NCBI GenBank assembly: GCA_965153285.1
Contig: OZ229113.1
Source: Podarcis tiliguerta
Lineage: Eukaryota
Length of the DNA: 64,000 nt
Strand: one strand, 5' to 3'
In this document: piece by piece, positions 61,501 to 64,000 of the stretch
How the letters are laid out: each line of letters opens with the position of its first letter
Position numbering within the stretch: position 1 is the stretch's first letter
The notes under the pieces: model-generated
The model's input: only the letters and a program-made list of their open reading frames with translations
What the model was told of the DNA's origin: nothing
The model's database searches: none
Position numbers and translations under genes: made by a program

Positions 61501-64000
61501 CCCTTATATGTTTACTGAGATGATTGATGTTGGGATCAAACATAATCATAAACTCTCTGCTCATGATGATCGGAATATCCGTGATATGGTACACAGAATT
61601 AAACCCCAAGCCAAATTTTCCAACTTTGTCAACTTCTGCTCTTTTAAGAGACTCACCCAATCGAGTTATATTTAGAAAGTCAGAGTCAGAAAATTCAGAA
61701 TTGTTGAAAGACCAGAGAGCTGGCCCATGACAAGCTGCCATTCCTGGATCCAAAAGATTTTCTCTTATGTCATTATTTCTCCTCATGTCAATCAAAAAAT
61801 TGCACTCCGTTGCATTAGCGTCGTCTGCATTTTGAAGCAGCTCTTTGAAGATATCGGATACAGAAGGGTATTCTTCCAAAATGTTTTTAATTCTTACAGT
61901 GAGTGGTTCCCTTTGACCCGACTGCTCAAATCCCATGTTTTCTGGATTTATCAACCTGGTACTAAGACATGGCACATTCAACCATTCTGCAGTTTTCATG
62001 GGTATATCTTCATGAACCAAAATTATTGGCTCAACAGCATCATCTAGCAAATCATTTAAGTCTTCAACCTTGATATCACAGTAGCAGCATTCATGGATTG
62101 GTTTCATTGTAAGCTTGTAAGGTTTTTTGCTACAATATACAGGAACAGGTGTATTTAAACTAGCTGGAATTTGACAGCTGTACAGCCACCTTATAATATT
62201 CAACATAATAGAAAGATTTTGCTTGCTCTCTTCTTCTGTAAGAGATTGTTCACTTTTGAGGTATATTTTCTGAATGACCATGGAAACATGGTCTGGTGTC
62301 AGCTGCTCAATTGACCCACAGCATTTGAACAACTGGTGGAATTTAGCCATTGTTTTTGGCACATTATGTAGATACGGCTGAAGATCAAGATCATGTGCTG
62401 ACTTTATCACTGCTTGAGAAAACGAACAAAAGGTTTTACCAGTCCAGACCCAGGGAAATTTCAAGGCTTTAAATGATTCTTTTCCTTCATCTAAGTGATC
62501 ATTCATGAAGCCATAAATCTCAAGCAAAATGTGCTGAAATTGATAATAATCTTCATCACTAAATTTTTTAGAACTGTGCCAGTCTACGACTACTTTGAAA
62601 TGTTTTAACACTGATTTTATGTTAGGTTTGATTGAGATCCCCAGTGCTTTTTCAACATTTGGTCGGACACCTTCCACAAGAGGAACAGAGGAACCTACTA
62701 AGGTGGCCTGAGATAAGTCACACATTTCAGGTGGCGAGCACAAATTGCAATGATCACCTTTCCAAATTAAGGAACTTGGGTAATTTGGAGGTCTTTCCTT
62801 GCATGCTGGAATCCATTTGATTTTTTTCAACATTGCTTTTGTTTCAGGTGTATGAAGTAATGGATAATTTTTGTTCAAAATCGTTAACAAAGTTCTGGCT
62901 TTCCTTCTAAGTGCATCTTGATTTGTACTAGCACAGTCCTTCAAGCTTTCAATTTTTTGAGATACGCTCAAAATGTCTTTCTCTTCCAAGTTGCTTTCAC
63001 TTTTTAGGCCTATTAATCTCAAAGAATGAAGAGTATCAGCAGATGTTTTAAAAACATGAGGGGGAAAGCAATGTTCCTCCTCCCCATAGAACATATTTTG
63101 TAGTACTTCTACTTCGGGATCAAAAAGTTCACTAGCTGACACCATTTTCCCTTCAGAAATTTGAATGAATTTTAGTGGCGTCAGCCAATCCAGCACTTCT
63201 GCATTTTCATTTTTTAGGAAAGTTAGATTTTCCAGAATCCATAGCATAACTTTTGTTGCTTCATCGTTACAATAAAAGTCACTCTGAATATCTTTTAAAA
63301 TAAACTTCATGCAATCTGTGCTCTTTAGCTGGTCTGCTTTTAGTATGTTTACTAAACGAATGGTAGCTTCGTCACTGCTGTCAACTAGTGAAACAGAGAG
63401 TTTTATATCAGGTGGAAGTTTGGCAGTGTGATGCAGTACCTTACAGCCTTTCAATGCAGTAAAAGTAATTTCTTCATCAAGTGATTGTTTAATTCTCCTA
63501 AATATGATTAGCTCATTAATTATTGATTTTTCTTTTTCCGTAGTATCAGTTAAACTAGCAAGGAAGTTTCTAAGGGCATTTTTGTATGATACAGGGAATG
63601 ATGCAACCTTATTGGTCAATTTCTGTATGGAAAGTTTTTCCACTATTTGCAAAACTACACTTGGCAATGGGGCATGTATATATTTTTTTAAAAGTGGATG
63701 TTGTATAGATGAGTCTAGTTTCTTAAGCACAATCCCACCAAGTTGTTCAATGATGTCGGGTAAAAATTCTGGAAGCTGAGTTTCAGATCCATCTTCTAGA
63801 ATAATTGGTGATGGAGTCCTTAATCTAATAAGTTCCATGACTTCTTCATCCCCATCTAGTACTGTTTTTGGGATAAGTGGCATGTCATCAAACATTGACA
63901 AATCTTCAGAGAAATGTATATACAGGTTCTTCCATACCATTTTAAGCCACAAAACAGATGGGTGCTTTTTATCTTCAGAAAGTGGAAACCATTGTACCAC
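52517..64000 (-). CDS. SACS: Sacsin, C-terminal 3827 aa of the giant intronless terminal exon (5'-partial)
   Basis: Uninterrupted 11.5-kb ORF with two sacsin repeat regions carrying the Hsp90-like ATPase motif ([11 protein letters not shown] ~61830; [11 protein letters not shown] ~58620; [15 protein letters not shown] / [15 protein letters not shown]), a J-domain (HPD at 53237-53245) and a C-terminal HEPN domain ([13 protein letters not shown]...TRYPD), ending [10 protein letters not shown]; adjacent to SGCG as in other vertebrates. Confidence 0.99.
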   Translation of the reverse strand: MVQWFPLSEDKKHPSVLWLKMVWKNLYIHFSEDLSMFDDMPLIPKTVLDGDEEVMELIRLRTPSPIILEDGSETQLPEFLPDIIEQLGGIVLKKLDSSIQHPLLKKYIHAPLPSVVLQIVEKLSIQKLTNKVASFPVSYKNALRNFLASLTDTTEKEKSIINELIIFRRIKQSLDEEITFTALKGCKVLHHTAKLPPDIKLSVSLVDSSDEATIRLVNILKADQLKSTDCMKFILKDIQSDFYCNDEATKVMLWILENLTFLKNENAEVLDWLTPLKFIQISEGKMVSASELFDPEVEVLQNMFYGEEEHCFPPHVFKTSADTLHSLRLIGLKSESNLEEKDILSVSQKIESLKDCASTNQDALRRKARTLLTILNKNYPLLHTPETKAMLKKIKWIPACKERPPNYPSSLIWKGDHCNLCSPPEMCDLSQATLVGSSVPLVEGVRPNVEKALGISIKPNIKSVLKHFKVVVDWHSSKKFSDEDYYQFQHILLEIYGFMNDHLDEGKESFKALKFPWVWTGKTFCSFSQAVIKSAHDLDLQPYLHNVPKTMAKFHQLFKCCGSIEQLTPDHVSMVIQKIYLKSEQSLTEEESKQNLSIMLNIIRWLYSCQIPASLNTPVPVYCSKKPYKLTMKPIHECCYCDIKVEDLNDLLDDAVEPIILVHEDIPMKTAEWLNVPCLSTRLINPENMGFEQSGQREPLTVRIKNILEEYPSVSDIFKELLQNADDANATECNFLIDMRRNNDIRENLLDPGMAACHGPALWSFNNSEFSDSDFLNITRLGESLKRAEVDKVGKFGLGFNSVYHITDIPIIMSREFMIMFDPNINHLSKHIRDKSNPGIKINWSKQQKRLRKFPNQFKPFIGVFGCQLPLTVEAPYSYKGTLFRLSFRTQQEAKVSEVSSTCYNTADIYSLVDEFSICGHRLIIFTQCVNSMVLKYLKSEETNPGVAQETVTIKKNLCLSKAITSPVTSVLKEAAKLMKTCNSSTKKLPTESPKSSCILQITVEEFHHVFRRIADLHSPVFRGPEDDTVSFFEMAKSGQTKRPADELPQKTVDSTTWLICSCMDTGEALKFSLQESGRRLGLVPCGSVGVMLSEAQDHKWTVKPNCSNLGEVFCYLPLRIKTGLPVHINGSFAVTSNRKEIWKTDTKGRWNTVFMRHVIVKAYLEALVVLRNMAVCGELNDYNYYAVWPDPDLVHDDFSVICQGFYEEIAHTKGKEGIRVFSDGSSWVSMKNVRFLDDSLLKRPDIGPAAFNIFLKYLKKTGSKNLCAVDLPSWVKAGFEEAGCKQVLLDNTFSERQFFSEVFFPNIQEIEAELRDPLMHYVLSEKVSEFSEILCVTPCIPCSLTEHPLVEPSRLIHPEGRVAKLYDKEDGRFPYGTSQDYLNPVILVKLVQLGMAKDDICWEDLVERAESVAEINKTDHASACLRSSILLSLIDEKIKCRDPRAKELAAKFQTIPFLPFLTKPAGFSLHWKGTDFGPETMFSAMDLFTADYQDIVCLLKPILNENSHSFKGCGNISLAVKDFLGLLKKPTVTMVINQLKEVAKSFDGITLYQENITNACYKYLHDALLQNGATKAIIIEELKNCSFILVENGYVDPTKVSFHLNFEAAPYLHQLANKYRNSFRELFESVGVRHAFTVEDFALVLELINEERGTKPLTEENFQLSRRIISEGIWGLIREKKQEFCEKQYGEILLPDTQLALLHANTLCYNDCPWIKVKDTTVKYCHADIPREVAVKLGAVPKRHKALERYASNICFTTLGTEFGQKEKLTSRIKSILNAYPSEKEMLKELLQNADDAKATEVCFVFDPRQHPVDRIFDEKWSPLQGPALCVFNNQPFTEDDIRGIQNLGKGTKEGNPCKTGQYGIGFNSVYHITDCPSFISGNDILCIFDPHARYAPGATSISPGRMFRDLDADFRTQFSDVLDLYLGDHFKLENCTMFRFPLRNTEMAKTSEISPVPCSDRMVQNLLDKLRTDGAELLMFLNHMEKISICEIEKTTGALNVLYSVTGKVTDGDRLKRKQFHASVIDSVTKKKELSKIPVQQITYTMDTEDSEGNLTAWLICNRSGFSNIEKVSKSVVSAHKNEDITLFPRGGVAACITHNYKKPHRAFCFLPLSLETGLPFHVNGHFALDSARRNLWRDDNGVGVRSDWNNSLMTALIAPAYVELLIQLKKRYFQGTDPTVSVLHNTSMHTVKDTLKKFLSFFPVNRLDLQPDWYCLVKAVYSCIHEESKRLLPVVRAPNVDGSDLHSAIIITWVNMSTSSKARPFFDNLLQDELQHLKNVEYNITTRKTVAENVYRLKHLLLEIGFNLIYSCDETANLYHCLVDADIPVSYVTSADVRSFLMTFSSPDSNCHIGKLPCRLQQTNLKLFHSLKLLVDYCFKDTEENEILIEGLPLLITLDSVLQIFDSKRPKFLTTYHELIPSRKDLFMNTLYLRYSNILLKCNVAKVFDITSFADLLPSVLPREYKTRGCVRWKENFASESWLKNTWHFIGESVNVKDDQEDAKPTFDAVVDTLKDWALLPGTKFTVSSNQLVVPDCDVLLPLSLMHIALFPNSQTDKVFHALMKTGCIQLALNKICSKDNALVPLLSGHTANIDNPSSILKAIHYMVQTSTFKTEKLAENDFEALLMYFNCNLSHLTSEDDIKILRSLPCYKSISGRYISISKCGACYVLTRTIPSVEVDRWTQSSSAAFLEEKIHLKDLYTVLGCVPVDDLEVYLKHLLPKIESLSYDAKLEHLIYLKNRLSSIEESLEIKEQLFEKLESFLIIHDACNRLKPAKHFYDRTVRVFEVMLPEKLFIPQDFFKKLEQLTKPKNRAAFLASWVAFLRNMGLKYVISQQQLLQFAKEISMRANTENWTKDTLQNTVDVLLHHIFQERTDLLSGNFLKELSLIAFLCPERAPAEIVRFHPQYQEVNGTLPLIKFSGAQVNPKFKQSDVLQLLWTSCPILPEKATPLSIKEQEGSSLGPQEQLEQVLTMLNVNLDPPLDKVINNCRNICNITTLDEDMVKTRVKVLRSIYEFLSTDKREFRFQLRGVAFVMVEEGWKLLKPEEVVINLEYESDFKPYLYKLPLELGTFHQLFKHLGTEDVISTKQYVEVLSRIFKNSEGKQLDPNEMRTVKRVVSGLFKSLQNDSVKVRNELENVRDLALYLPSQDGRLVKSSILVFDDAPHYKSRIQGNIGVQMLVDLSQCYLGKDHGFHTKLIMLFPQKLRPRLLSSILEEQLDEESPKICQFGALCSLQGRLQLLLSSEQFITGLIRIMKHENDNAFLANEEKAIKLCKTLREGLKVSCFEKLQTTLRVKGFAPIPHSRSETFAFLKRYGNAVILLYIQHSDSKDINFLLALAMTLKSATDNLISDTSYLIAMLGCNDIYRISEKLDSLGVKYDSSEPSKLELPMPGTPIPTEIHYTLLMDPMNVFYPGEYVGYLVDAEGGDIYGSYHPTYTYAIIVQEVEREDDENSSFLGKIYQIDIGYSEYKIVSSLDLYKFSRPDESSQSRGSAPSTPTSPTEFLPHGPRTIPPHFPGRESHKSSTSSSSSSSKHHSPKKAKANSLSEILREVTSVMEQAWKLPESERKKIIRRLYLKWHPDKNAENLDIANEVFKHLQNEINRLEKQAFIDQNADRASRRTFSSSASRFQSDKFSFQRFYTSWNQEATSHKSERQQSKEKCPSSTGPSYSQRFFMPPTFKSVGNPVEARRWLRQARANFSAARNDLHKNANEWVCFKCYLSTKLALIAADYAVRGKSDKDVKPTALAQKIEEYSQQLEGLTNDVHTLEAYGVDSLKTRYPDLLPFPQIPNDRFTSEVAMRVMECTACIIIKLENFIQQKV

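Noticed and set aside
52376-63779. Many short + strand and off-frame ORFs overlapping SACS
   Set aside because: Shadow ORFs expected opposite a long coding exon; no recognisable domains.
52517-64000. Giant ORF with Hsp90-like ATPase repeats, J-domain and HEPN as a novel defence or toxin system
   Set aside because: It is the known vertebrate SACS gene in its usual position beside SGCG. The 'M' at 64000 is a GTG at the window edge, not the real start.

Overview
Vertebrate genomic DNA, almost certainly from a squamate reptile and probably a lacertid lizard (Sauria SINEs, Bov-B, CR1, Penelope remnants, many hAT and Tc1/mariner MITEs). It holds the complete coding region of gamma-sarcoglycan (SGCG, + strand, 7 coding exons at 36588-48823, 900 nt, 299 aa, all GT-AG junctions in phase). 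Facing it tail-to-tail is the 3' 11.5 kb of the giant terminal exon of sacsin (SACS, - strand, stop at 52517; the ORF runs off the window edge). Upstream of SGCG are a CpG island with a splice donor (~18.1-18.5 kb) and a muscle-type promoter plus non-coding exon that lies inside an apparently identical 2247-bp tandem duplication (25631-27877 / 27878-30124, junction microhomology AAGG), so both are present twice. The SGCG protein looks unusually diverged at normally conserved positions, while SACS is highly conserved. The first 18 kb is gene-free and repeat-rich. I found no evidence for a new multi-gene system. The best leads are the duplicated SGCG promoter/exon, a possible GUG-initiated N-terminally extended SGCG isoform, and the SGCG divergence. 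Comparisons with human sequences are from memory and need confirming.
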